Source of the DNA: Candidatus Enterousia sp.
GTDB taxonomy: Bacteria > Pseudomonadota > Alphaproteobacteria > Rs-D84
Length of the DNA stretch: 64,000 nt
Assembly (NCBI GenBank): GCA_045546155.1
Contig: JAZQCG010000003.1
Coordinates: 4,727-68,726, forward strand
Reading direction: 5' to 3'
Positions 39,265 to 47,600 of the stretch are shown one piece after another. The position numbers and the translations under genes are program-made. The stretch's first letter is position 1, and every line of letters begins with the position of its first letter. The notes under the pieces are model-generated. The model was given only the letters and a program-made list of their open reading frames with translations. It searched no databases and had not been told where the DNA came from.

Positions 39265-41610
39265 TTACAGTATTGGCGGGAAACAATCGCCCCCTGATGA
39301 TGGGCAACAATTGAATCCTTGTTCACCCATATCGGTGTAAACTTCCCCCGCACAGCAACCATTTGCATCTGGCAGGCTACCATCTTCACATGTTAATACT
39401 GTTGCTGCTGCATCAATAACAGCTGCTTCCTCCTTCTTTTCAAATGGGTTTTCGATATAACCATCTTCGTCATATGTTAATCCCAAGACTTGTTCATTGT
39501 ATGCCTGGTCTCCCTGCTGATATGTATCTTGGAATTTTTTCTGTTGGCTTTGGAACAGCGCATCCTGCTTTGCCATGTTTATCGCTTTATACTGGCTTGA
39601 TTGGCAATAAAATACCAGTGTTCTGTAATCGTATGTATCGCAACCTTCGCCTTTTTGATTGACACTGCCGTCATCGTTGCAGCATTGTGATATTGCGAAC
39701 GAGCGCACCTGACCTTCCCAGCTTCCATCATTTGCACGTGTTATAGAGTGCGTCCAACTGTCGTTGCGTTTTTTGTCTCCATAGCCCAAAGAGCACTTTT
39801 TTTCACCGTTTTTTTCACCACATGATGCGATCAAATCCACTGGTGAATAAACAGTGATACGTGTACCAGCGGCAATTGTAAATGGCGGAACGGTGTTGTC
39901 CATCATATCAACCAATAATTTCTGTGCCACTTGATTCCATGCGGTAATAATTTCATTTTTTGCCAATTCAGATGAACGTACCGTGCCCGATTGCACAACA
40001 GTGTTGTTATCTAAATCAATCTGATTAACAAATGCGTCACTGACCGGTGCGATTAAATTCACCGCCGCTGGCACAATCGCAGTCAGCATTGGCATAAAGA
40101 ATTGTTCAATATAATCTGTGCTGCCATATCCTGGGATGCCTGAGCGTCCCTGTGCATCACCAGAAAACGGTATTTGTTGGTCAAAATTAAATTCAACGCC
40201 ATTTGGTAAAATAAATTGATACCATTTTATATCCATACGTCCAACTGATGTATATGGCCCCGGTAAATCCCCATCAACATATCCCATCAGCAGTGTTCCC
40301 GTCGGTATAATTACGTTTCGACCATTATCAGAATAAACATTGCGGTCAACCGTTGCCCGCACCGGCAGTCGGTTATTTTTCAATGCTTCTGGATCGGCAC
40401 GTACATCCGATACAATTGTTGCCGGAATAGGTTTAAATTGACGTAAAACAAATTGCCTGTCATATGGTTTTGATGATTTTACGGATGTGCCAGAAGACTC
40501 ATATTCAACATCCGGCGCTGGTGCATCATGCAGCCCGCCCATTGCTGCAATCCCATCCGCGCCCAAGCGGCCCATACCACTGACCGCGCGGTTTTCTGTA
40601 TCAATCATGGATTCACGTGCAGCTGATTTTACTGGATTCGACAACTCTGGGATTACACCATTGGTAATAATCGCATATCCAATATGATCCGCATCACTGC
40701 CGATTTTCTTAGACTTGTCTTTTATATCTGTGATTATGCCGTTGTCTGGATTATATGTGCCGGTCGGTTTTTCACATTTTTTATCTGAAAATGGGTGAAA
40801 ATAATATGCGCCACCCTTTGGCTTAATCCATCCAATCTGACGACCCGAATTATCATATCCCGGAAACGCAAAGTCTGAACATGCTTCTGGTGGTGCGACA
40901 TATTCATCTGATTTGCGTTCATTAACTGTGTCAAATGGCTTGGTCGTTGCGATTAATTCGACCGCCGGCTCTTCTTCGGTTTCTTCTTCTATTTCAATTT
41001 CTTCTTCTTCCTCAGGTTCTGCTTCTTTGACCACAATCTTTTCAACTGGTTTTTCAATAACCTTTTCTACAACTTTTTCGATAACAACTGGGGCAGGGGC
41101 CTCAACCACTGGGGCTGTTGCACCCAAAACCATCAAAAATTTATCAGTTTTTTTCATTTCGTCTGGTTCGTTAATCCCGCGCCAGTCAATAAATAATGGA
41201 ACGCCACGCGCCGTCATTGCGGTTGTTGGTGTATAATCAATTGTTATTGTGCATGCAAACCCAGAATTGATTTCGCCCGCATTTTCGCATCCTTGATTAA
41301 CAATCAATCCATTTATATTCTGTTCACGTCTGATTTTCAGAACCTTGGCCGGCCCAGTCGCCGACACCTTAATAACCTGGTTTTTTGTTTGTCCAACTGT
41401 GACATCTGCCCAATCCAAGGATTCTGGTGTTATTACCAGATTCACCGGTGTTGAATCAACTTCTTCTATTTTTTTATCAGATTTCCCCCCAGTCAGCAAC
41501 AGGGTCAGCAAAATCAGCACCATTACAAATGCCACCGCCAGCAATAACCACTGAACACGTTTTGGTGTAGCCGCACGCCAATCAGAAAAAGTCTTTTTTA
41601 TTTTATTCAT
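39265..41610 (-). CDS. virB10: VirB10/TrbI-like T4SS core protein with extra Ig-like and Cys-rich domains
   Basis: TrbI core IPATIVSD, ATVDRNVYSDNGRNVIIPTGTLLMG, DAQGRSGIPG, IAAGTRITV; N-terminal TM. Confidence 0.8.
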   Translation of the reverse strand: MNKIKKTFSDWRAATPKRVQWLLLAVAFVMVLILLTLLLTGGKSDKKIEEVDSTPVNLVITPESLDWADVTVGQTKNQVIKVSATGPAKVLKIRREQNINGLIVNQGCENAGEINSGFACTITIDYTPTTAMTARGVPLFIDWRGINEPDEMKKTDKFLMVLGATAPVVEAPAPVVIEKVVEKVIEKPVEKIVVKEAEPEEEEEIEIEEETEEEPAVELIATTKPFDTVNERKSDEYVAPPEACSDFAFPGYDNSGRQIGWIKPKGGAYYFHPFSDKKCEKPTGTYNPDNGIITDIKDKSKKIGSDADHIGYAIITNGVIPELSNPVKSAARESMIDTENRAVSGMGRLGADGIAAMGGLHDAPAPDVEYESSGTSVKSSKPYDRQFVLRQFKPIPATIVSDVRADPEALKNNRLPVRATVDRNVYSDNGRNVIIPTGTLLMGYVDGDLPGPYTSVGRMDIKWYQFILPNGVEFNFDQQIPFSGDAQGRSGIPGYGSTDYIEQFFMPMLTAIVPAAVNLIAPVSDAFVNQIDLDNNTVVQSGTVRSSELAKNEIITAWNQVAQKLLVDMMDNTVPPFTIAAGTRITVYSPVDLIASCGEKNGEKKCSLGYGDKKRNDSWTHSITRANDGSWEGQVRSFAISQCCNDDGSVNQKGEGCDTYDYRTLVFYCQSSQYKAINMAKQDALFQSQQKKFQDTYQQGDQAYNEQVLGLTYDEDGYIENPFEKKEEAAVIDAAATVLTCEDGSLPDANGCCAGEVYTDMGEQGFNCCPSSGGDCFPPIL

Positions 41611-41635
41611 AATTTTCCACACCCGATTAAGTCAA

Positions 41636-43159
41636 TTATTGAATACGAACGACACTGCAACTTGCCCCGCTGAATTTCAGCAACTGGTCACACAGTTTTT
41701 GTGCTGTATCAATATCGCTTAATGGCCCAATACGCAGACGATACAAGCGTGCCGATGTTGATTCTGCGCCCAATTCGCCAACGCCTTGTTCATCAACCGC
41801 AAAGAATACCTTGTCTTTGTATGGTGTTAACAGACCTGCGCCATCATCCCCACTGAACTTAGCCAACAAACCTGTCCAATAATCATTAAGCGCTTTAACA
41901 GATGGGTCAGCCTTTAATTCAACGGCAACACCACTTTGATTGCTGGTGATTAATGGGATGTTAGTCTGTGGCAAATATGCGCCCGCTGTATCGCGCACTG
42001 TTGGAACCATCGTCATTGCGGTGGATGCGCCCGTCATGCCACCGGTCGTAAAGCCAGCCGGCATATAATACCCCGCACCCGTTGCCGCCGCAACCGAACC
42101 GTTACCAACAAATGTTGGTGTTGTTGTATAGTTTCCAACGTTCATGTTCATTGCCGCCATATCCATGTTGTATGCGATATTGTTCAATGACTGACCGCTC
42201 ATCATGCTTTGTGCAACGTTGGCTTCTGCTAATGCCATAACAGATGCTGTGTCTGCAATCAAGAACGGTTTTTCGCGCTTTTTGATGCAAACAATACGTT
42301 GCCCACTGCGCAGAACCATATCTCCGACCGCCTCTACAATCAACAGTCGTCCATCTTCGCCATCGGTGCGGAATCCAACCGGGGATTCACCGCCTTCGAC
42401 CAATAACGAAACAACCGGACGTTGGGTCATAGAAATAACCTTGTCACCAAAGTCAATGTATGTAAATATACGATCACGCCATACGCGTTCTGGGGCGATA
42501 ACATAGTCATCTGGATTTGGAACAAAAATATCTAAATCAAAACGGAATTCAGATGGATCAATTTTCATAGATTTAATCCAACCGTAATCTTCGCCATCAA
42601 CCCCAACGGTATTGGATGTCGTTGCAGGCTTGTTGAAAATAGATTTCATCCCCGCACCCGATGTTGTTGATGCGGCTACGCTTGGCAAAACTGCATTTCC
42701 ATCTAAAACAACTTCTACCTGGGAATATGTAATTTCAGACGAATTTGTTGGTTCTGCGCGCAAATAGAATATATATTTGTTGCCAGATTTTCCGTCGACA
42801 ATCATGTTGGTGTCGCCACCCATTGTTTCGCCTTTTGGGGTCAAGAATATCGTGTTCGCACCTTTTTGTGCATCAACTTCAAACAGACCACTGTCGCCGA
42901 CGATAATATCTGCAATTTGTTCGCCGTTTGGCAAAGATACCATTGTCACCATGCCATTGCGTAATTTTAATGGCAACGTACTGCCCTTGGACCAGGATAA
43001 TTGTGCATAGCCTGGCTTAATACTGCCTGCGGTCATGTTTGCATTTGGATTGTCCCATGCACCTTGGTATGCCACGGCCGCTCTAACGTTGGCCAGCCCC
43101 AGTACCGCCCCAATACATAACAGTGATACGTTTAATCTAATTGCTTTTGCAAATGTCAT
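41636..43159 (-). CDS. virB9: VirB9/TrbG/CagX-like T4SS protein with C-terminal SPOR domain
   Basis: Signal peptide; MVTMVSLPNGEQI, TNMIV..G.KY.FYL, IAPERVWRDRIFTYIDF, LRSGQRIVCI; C-terminal LYRLRIGPL...AQKLCDQL. Confidence 0.8.
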   Translation of the reverse strand: MTFAKAIRLNVSLLCIGAVLGLANVRAAVAYQGAWDNPNANMTAGSIKPGYAQLSWSKGSTLPLKLRNGMVTMVSLPNGEQIADIIVGDSGLFEVDAQKGANTIFLTPKGETMGGDTNMIVDGKSGNKYIFYLRAEPTNSSEITYSQVEVVLDGNAVLPSVAASTTSGAGMKSIFNKPATTSNTVGVDGEDYGWIKSMKIDPSEFRFDLDIFVPNPDDYVIAPERVWRDRIFTYIDFGDKVISMTQRPVVSLLVEGGESPVGFRTDGEDGRLLIVEAVGDMVLRSGQRIVCIKKREKPFLIADTASVMALAEANVAQSMMSGQSLNNIAYNMDMAAMNMNVGNYTTTPTFVGNGSVAAATGAGYYMPAGFTTGGMTGASTAMTMVPTVRDTAGAYLPQTNIPLITSNQSGVAVELKADPSVKALNDYWTGLLAKFSGDDGAGLLTPYKDKVFFAVDEQGVGELGAESTSARLYRLRIGPLSDIDTAQKLCDQLLKFSGASCSVVRIQ

Positions 43160-43186
43160 ACCAAAATCCTTCCGTCTTCGTTTTAT

Positions 43187-43864
43187 TTAAAATCTGTTCA
43201 GCGGATCTGTTTTATCAGATTTATCGCCATCCACAGATTCAACAGCATATCGCACAACCTTTATCCCCAATGGATTGTTCAGGCGATCAACCCATTGTGT
43301 GGCTGTGTCTATGTCTGAGCCTAATTCTAATACGATTGTATAATCTTTTGCGGCCACCTGTCCATTACTATTTTCACAAAAATAGCGGAATTTTACAGCG
43401 TACATGTTTTCACCACGTGGTGTAATCGCCCCAGATTCAAATTCAACCGGACATTTTAGTTCAAAACCCGGAATTTCGTTCATAAGCGCCGTCCACATGC
43501 GGGTTTGGGCAAAATCATTGTATACTGCATCGCTTGACCATGCGCGCACCGCTGCGGTTGGATCATTTGTCCACTTTTTGCGCATTGCGTTTATGTTTGA
43601 TGAAATTTCGTTTCGTGCTTTGATGTATTCTTTGATAAAGGCGCGCTTATACCGGTCCAGATTTTCACTTGTTGGCGCCATGTCTTGCAAGGTAACTTCC
43701 AATTGGTGGCTTGGTTGTGTCATCAAAAAGAACACCTGGGGACGGTTTAATGGGAACATCTTATATAATGTTAATCCCATAACAGCCAACACAACCACCG
43801 CGGTTGCGAATACAAACGTTAACATCCTGGACAACAAAATTGGCGGTTCTACGCGGTTTTGCAC
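43187..43864 (-). CDS. virB8: VirB8-like T4SS inner-membrane protein
   Basis: Single N-terminal TM; FIKEYIKARNE, VRAWSSDAVY, RLNNPLGIKVVRY (NPLG motif). Confidence 0.8.
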   Translation of the reverse strand: MQNRVEPPILLSRMLTFVFATAVVVLAVMGLTLYKMFPLNRPQVFFLMTQPSHQLEVTLQDMAPTSENLDRYKRAFIKEYIKARNEISSNINAMRKKWTNDPTAAVRAWSSDAVYNDFAQTRMWTALMNEIPGFELKCPVEFESGAITPRGENMYAVKFRYFCENSNGQVAAKDYTIVLELGSDIDTATQWVDRLNNPLGIKVVRYAVESVDGDKSDKTDPLNRF

Positions 43865-44100
43865 TAAATTCTCCCCCTTGATTAAGTGGATTGTAGAAAA
43901 AAATACGTCGCATATGCAAGAAAAAATTGCAAATACAAAATCATATTTTAAAAAATGTGTCGCAGAAACGGATTTTTGTCTTGCGTGGTCTGGTAAAAAA
44001 TAATATAATATTTCCGCTTGATTTTTTGTATCTGTGTGCTATCCTGTCGCAGACTGTGGACATGTGTGCGGTACAAAAAGACAGATTTTTTGCAGTTCCT

Positions 44101-44174
44101 AGGGGCATAGTTCAACGGTAGAATATCGGTCTCCAAAACCGCGGATGAGGGTTCGATTCCTTCTGCCCCTGCCA
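44101..44174 (+). tRNA. trnW: tRNA-Trp(CCA)
   Basis: Cloverleaf AGGGGCA...CGGT-CTCCAAA-ACCG...GGTTCGATTCC...TGCCCCTGCCA upstream of secE. Confidence 0.97.
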
Positions 44175-44215
44175 TGAATATAGTCATTAATTAAACAAGT
44201 AAGTGGACGTGTTTT

Positions 44216-44395
44216 ATGAAGAAAATACTGGAATATATCAAATCTGTACGTCGCGAGTGGTTCAAGATTGTATGGCCATCGCGTGATACTGTAACGCGTG
44301 CGACAATTATGATTTTAGTGTTTTCGGCCATTGCGGCGCTGTTCTTCTTTGCGATAGACAGTGTGCTGGGGGCGATTGTTAATTGGATTTTCTAA
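44216..44395 (+). CDS. secE: Preprotein translocase subunit SecE
   Basis: Not in the ORF track; translates MKKILEYIKSVRREWFKIVWPSRDTVTRATIMILVFSAIAALFFFAIDSVLGAIVNWIF; lies between trnW and nusG. Confidence 0.93.
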   Translation: MKKILEYIKSVRREWFKIVWPSRDTVTRATIMILVFSAIAALFFFAIDSVLGAIVNWIF

Positions 44396-44421
44396 AACAG
44401 AATTGACAAAGGGTGCATACG

Positions 44422-44955
44422 ATGGAAGAAAAAATGCAGTGGTTCGTTGTAAATGTTCATACAAGTTGCGAAGACAAGGTTGCGCGTGGTCTGCGTGAAC
44501 AGATTGATAAACGTCGCTTAAATGCGTATTTTGGTGAAATTTTAGTTCCAACCCGCGAAGTTACAGAAATCAAGGGTGGTAAACGTGTTAAAACGGAACG
44601 TAAATTCTTTCCGGGTTATATCGTTGTTCAAATGGTTATGAATAACGAAACCTTTACGCTTGTAAAACAGATTCCCCAGGTTGTTATGTTCCTGGGCGCG
44701 AAACAAAAACCAATCGCAGTCAGCGAAGAAGAAGCACGTCGCCTGATGAAACAGGTCGAAGAAGGCGCAGTCGCAATGGATGATATTGAATATTCTGTTG
44801 GTCAAGAAGTGCATGTTATTGATGGTCCATTTGCGGGCTTTAACGGTATTGCATCCGAAGTTGACAATGTAAAACAGAAAATGACTGTGACGGTTCTGGT
44901 ATTTGGTCGTGAAACCAGCATGGATCTGGAATTTAGTCAGGTTGAAAAGGTGTAG
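44422..44955 (+). CDS. nusG: Transcription termination/antitermination factor NusG
   Basis: WFVVNVH..EDKV, KFFPGYIVV, KOW motif VIDGPFAGFNG, VFGRET. Confidence 0.97.
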   Translation: MEEKMQWFVVNVHTSCEDKVARGLREQIDKRRLNAYFGEILVPTREVTEIKGGKRVKTERKFFPGYIVVQMVMNNETFTLVKQIPQVVMFLGAKQKPIAVSEEEARRLMKQVEEGAVAMDDIEYSVGQEVHVIDGPFAGFNGIASEVDNVKQKMTVTVLVFGRETSMDLEFSQVEKV

Positions 44956-44961
44956 TGTAGA

Positions 44962-45129
44962 ATGAAGAAAACACTGGGCGTCACTGGCCGACCGCTTAGT
45001 CTCGAAGACTCAAAAAAACTAGAACGGGTTCTAACGGGATTGTGTGATATGCGAAAAGAGTGGGAACAAGAAGCCAGGTTGCACCAGGCGCAAGCCCTAG
45101 AAAGTGCCAAGAAGATAATTCTTCGCTAG
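44962..45129 (+). CDS. Small hypothetical protein (55 aa)
   Basis: Open frame MKKTLGVTGRPLSLEDSKKLERVLTGLCDMRKEWEQEARLHQAQALESAKKIILR directly after nusG. Confidence 0.45.
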   Translation: MKKTLGVTGRPLSLEDSKKLERVLTGLCDMRKEWEQEARLHQAQALESAKKIILR

Positions 45130-45239
45130 GCGCAAAAGATTTTTGTGGTTTTCTGAAAAATATTCAGTAAAATCACACCAAACCGTGGTAGATACGCCAT
45201 ATCGTACCACGACACTAACCAAAAAAATGGAGTGAACAA

Positions 45240-45671
45240 ATGGCAAAGAAAGAAGTTAAGGGATTGGTCAAATTGGTCGTCCCTGCAAAACAGGCAAATC
45301 CTGCGCCTCCAATCGGTCCGGCGTTGGGTGCTGCTGGTGTTAACATCGCAGAATTCTGCAAACAGTTTAACGATAAAACATCTGATAAAGAACCGGGTAT
45401 GCCGATTCCATGTATTATAACTGTTTACACAGATGGCAGTTTCCAATTCATTATGAAATTGCCACCTGTATCGTACTATATTAAAAAAGCATTGAAATTG
45501 AAAATCGGTTCTCATAAACCTGGTCGCGACTTTGTTGGTACATTGTCCAAGGCCCAGATTAAAGAAATTGCCGAAGCAAAAATGCCTGACTTGAATTGCT
45601 CTTCCATTGAATCTGCAATGAATATCGTTGCGGGTCAGTGCCGTTCTATGGGCGTAAAGGTAGAGGAGTAA
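45240..45671 (+). CDS. rplK: 50S ribosomal protein L11
   Basis: [20 protein letters not shown]. Confidence 0.98.
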   Translation: MAKKEVKGLVKLVVPAKQANPAPPIGPALGAAGVNIAEFCKQFNDKTSDKEPGMPIPCIITVYTDGSFQFIMKLPPVSYYIKKALKLKIGSHKPGRDFVGTLSKAQIKEIAEAKMPDLNCSSIESAMNIVAGQCRSMGVKVEE

Positions 45672-45675
45672 TATC

Positions 45676-46350
45676 ATGAAACTGACAAAGAAACAGCAGA
45701 CTTGGAAAAATTTGGACACAGACAAAGTGTATGCTTTATCTGAAGCAATTGAAACATTGCGCGAATATGCGTCCAAGAAATTTGACGAAACATTGGAAAT
45801 TGCTATCCGTTTGGGTATCGACATAACCAAAGCAGACCAGAATATCCGTGGCATGTTGTCATTGCCAAATGGTACTGGTAAAACGGTTCGTGTTGCGGTA
45901 TTTACAATTAATGCCCAGGACGAAGCTAAAAAAGCTGGTGCTGATGTTGTTGGTGGCGAAGAATTGATTGATGCTGTTGCAGCGGGCAATATTAATTTTG
46001 ACCGTGTTATTGCAACACCTGATATGATGCCAAAAATGTCAAAGATTGCACGCGTATTAGGGCCAAAGGGTTTGATGCCGAATCCAAAATTGGGTACAGT
46101 TACAAACAACGTTGCAGAAGCTGTTAAAACAGCCAAAGCAGGTCAGATTGAATACCGTGCCGAAAAGAAGGGTATCATCCACGCTGGTATTGGTAAAATG
46201 TCATTTACAACCGATGCATTGGTTGAAAATGCAAATGCTTTGATTGATCAATTGAAAAAGATCAAACCAGCATCCGCTAAGGGTCAGTATATCTTGGGTA
46301 TTTCCGTTGCGACAACCCAGGGCCCAGGTCTGAAAGTAGATGCAAAATAA
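45676..46350 (+). CDS. rplA: 50S ribosomal protein L1
   Basis: KFDETLE, LPNGTGK, LGPKGLMPNPKLGTVT. Confidence 0.98.
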   Translation: MKLTKKQQTWKNLDTDKVYALSEAIETLREYASKKFDETLEIAIRLGIDITKADQNIRGMLSLPNGTGKTVRVAVFTINAQDEAKKAGADVVGGEELIDAVAAGNINFDRVIATPDMMPKMSKIARVLGPKGLMPNPKLGTVTNNVAEAVKTAKAGQIEYRAEKKGIIHAGIGKMSFTTDALVENANALIDQLKKIKPASAKGQYILGISVATTQGPGLKVDAK

Positions 46351-46393
46351 TTAAATGCGACGTGTGTGAAAACATGCGTCGCATAAACAGATT

Positions 46394-46448
46394 TCTGTCC
46401 AAGACTGATGGTGTGACGAAAACGTTGCTTAATTGCCATCATAGACAA
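46394..46448 (+). promoter_or_regulatory. Ribosomal protein L10 leader
   Basis: CTGTCCAAGACTGATGG...CTTAATTGCCATCATAGAC in the rplA-rplJ spacer. Confidence 0.7.
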
Positions 46449-46537
46449 AGAACAAATTCTTTGGGGCAGGAAACAAAGCCCCACCCGGGGCAACCCGGAT
46501 GGAAAGTTAACAAAACAGAAGCTTGAAGGAAATAAAG

Positions 46538-47017
46538 ATGAAACGCGAAGAAAAATCAGATTTGATTTCAGCGTTACAGTCGTCCTTGAAAGAAGCGAAC
46601 GGTGTTTTCGTTGTTGAAAACCACGGCTTGACTGTACAGGAATTCGAAGGTCTGCGTAATGAATTACGCCCATTGGTTTCTGTATTCAAAGTTGTTAAAA
46701 ACCGTTTGATGAAATTGGCGTTAAAAGACACTGATTTCGAACCTGTATCCGATATGCTGAAACGTCCAACCGCGGTTGCAGTTGCAACAGACGGCTTGGC
46801 GGTTACCAAAGTATTGGCAAAATTTGCGGAATCACATCCAAATTTGACAATCGTTGGTGGTAAAATGGATGCGGACGTTCTGGACTGTAACGGCGTATTA
46901 CAATTATCCAAGCTTCCTTCCCTGTTGGAAATCCGTGGCACTATTGCGCGTATCTTGGTCGAACCTGCATCGCGCATTGCACGTGTATCCGCAGAGTATG
47001 GAAAAAAAGAACAATAA
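46538..47017 (+). CDS. rplJ: 50S ribosomal protein L10
   Basis: GLTVQEFEGLRNELR, FKVVKNRL, LSKLPSL. Confidence 0.96.
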   Translation: MKREEKSDLISALQSSLKEANGVFVVENHGLTVQEFEGLRNELRPLVSVFKVVKNRLMKLALKDTDFEPVSDMLKRPTAVAVATDGLAVTKVLAKFAESHPNLTIVGGKMDADVLDCNGVLQLSKLPSLLEIRGTIARILVEPASRIARVSAEYGKKEQ

Positions 47018-47065
47018 AATCAGAATACTTTATTCTGACCTAAAACAAAACTTAGGAGTAAAAAA

Positions 47066-47431
47066 ATGGCAGACATTCAGAAATTAGTTGAAGAATTGTC
47101 AAAATTGACCGTTTTGGAAGCAGTTGAACTGTCCAAAGCATTAGAAGAAACATGGGGCGTAAGCGCTGCTGCTGCTGTTGCAGTTGCTGCTGGTCCTGTT
47201 GCAGCTGCTGCAGAAGAAAAGAGCGAATTTGATGTTGTATTGGCAGAAGTCGGTGCAAACAAATTGGCTGTTATCAAAGCTGTAAAAGACATCACTGGTT
47301 TAGGTTTGGGCGAAGCAAAAGCTTTGGTTGAATCTGCACCAAAGGCAGTTAAAGAAGGCGTAGCAAAAGATGAAGCTGAAAAAATGAAAGCTACAATCGA
47401 AGCCGCCGGTGCCAAAGTTGAATTGAAATAA
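47066..47431 (+). CDS. rplL: 50S ribosomal protein L7/L12
   Basis: [32 protein letters not shown]. Confidence 0.98.
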   Translation: MADIQKLVEELSKLTVLEAVELSKALEETWGVSAAAAVAVAAGPVAAAAEEKSEFDVVLAEVGANKLAVIKAVKDITGLGLGEAKALVESAPKAVKEGVAKDEAEKMKATIEAAGAKVELK

Positions 47432-47600
47432 TTCAACCCAGAACCGACAAGGTTCAAAAAATCCGCCGTATGAAAATATGGCAAAAACGCCGCCCGTGTG
47501 GGATGAAAATCCCATACGGGCACAAAGGCGTAAAATACAGACAATACGATAATATCGAAAATCGTTTGCACAAAACGCACAGAAAAAAGGACTAAAACCC

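Noticed and set aside
39265-43864. Conjugative element or ICE
   Set aside because: No relaxase, integrase, VirB4 or att repeat of tRNA-Trp visible; the genes sit among housekeeping loci
45126-46136. 336-aa minus-strand ORF
   Set aside because: Antisense shadow of rplK-rplA; no protein-like motifs
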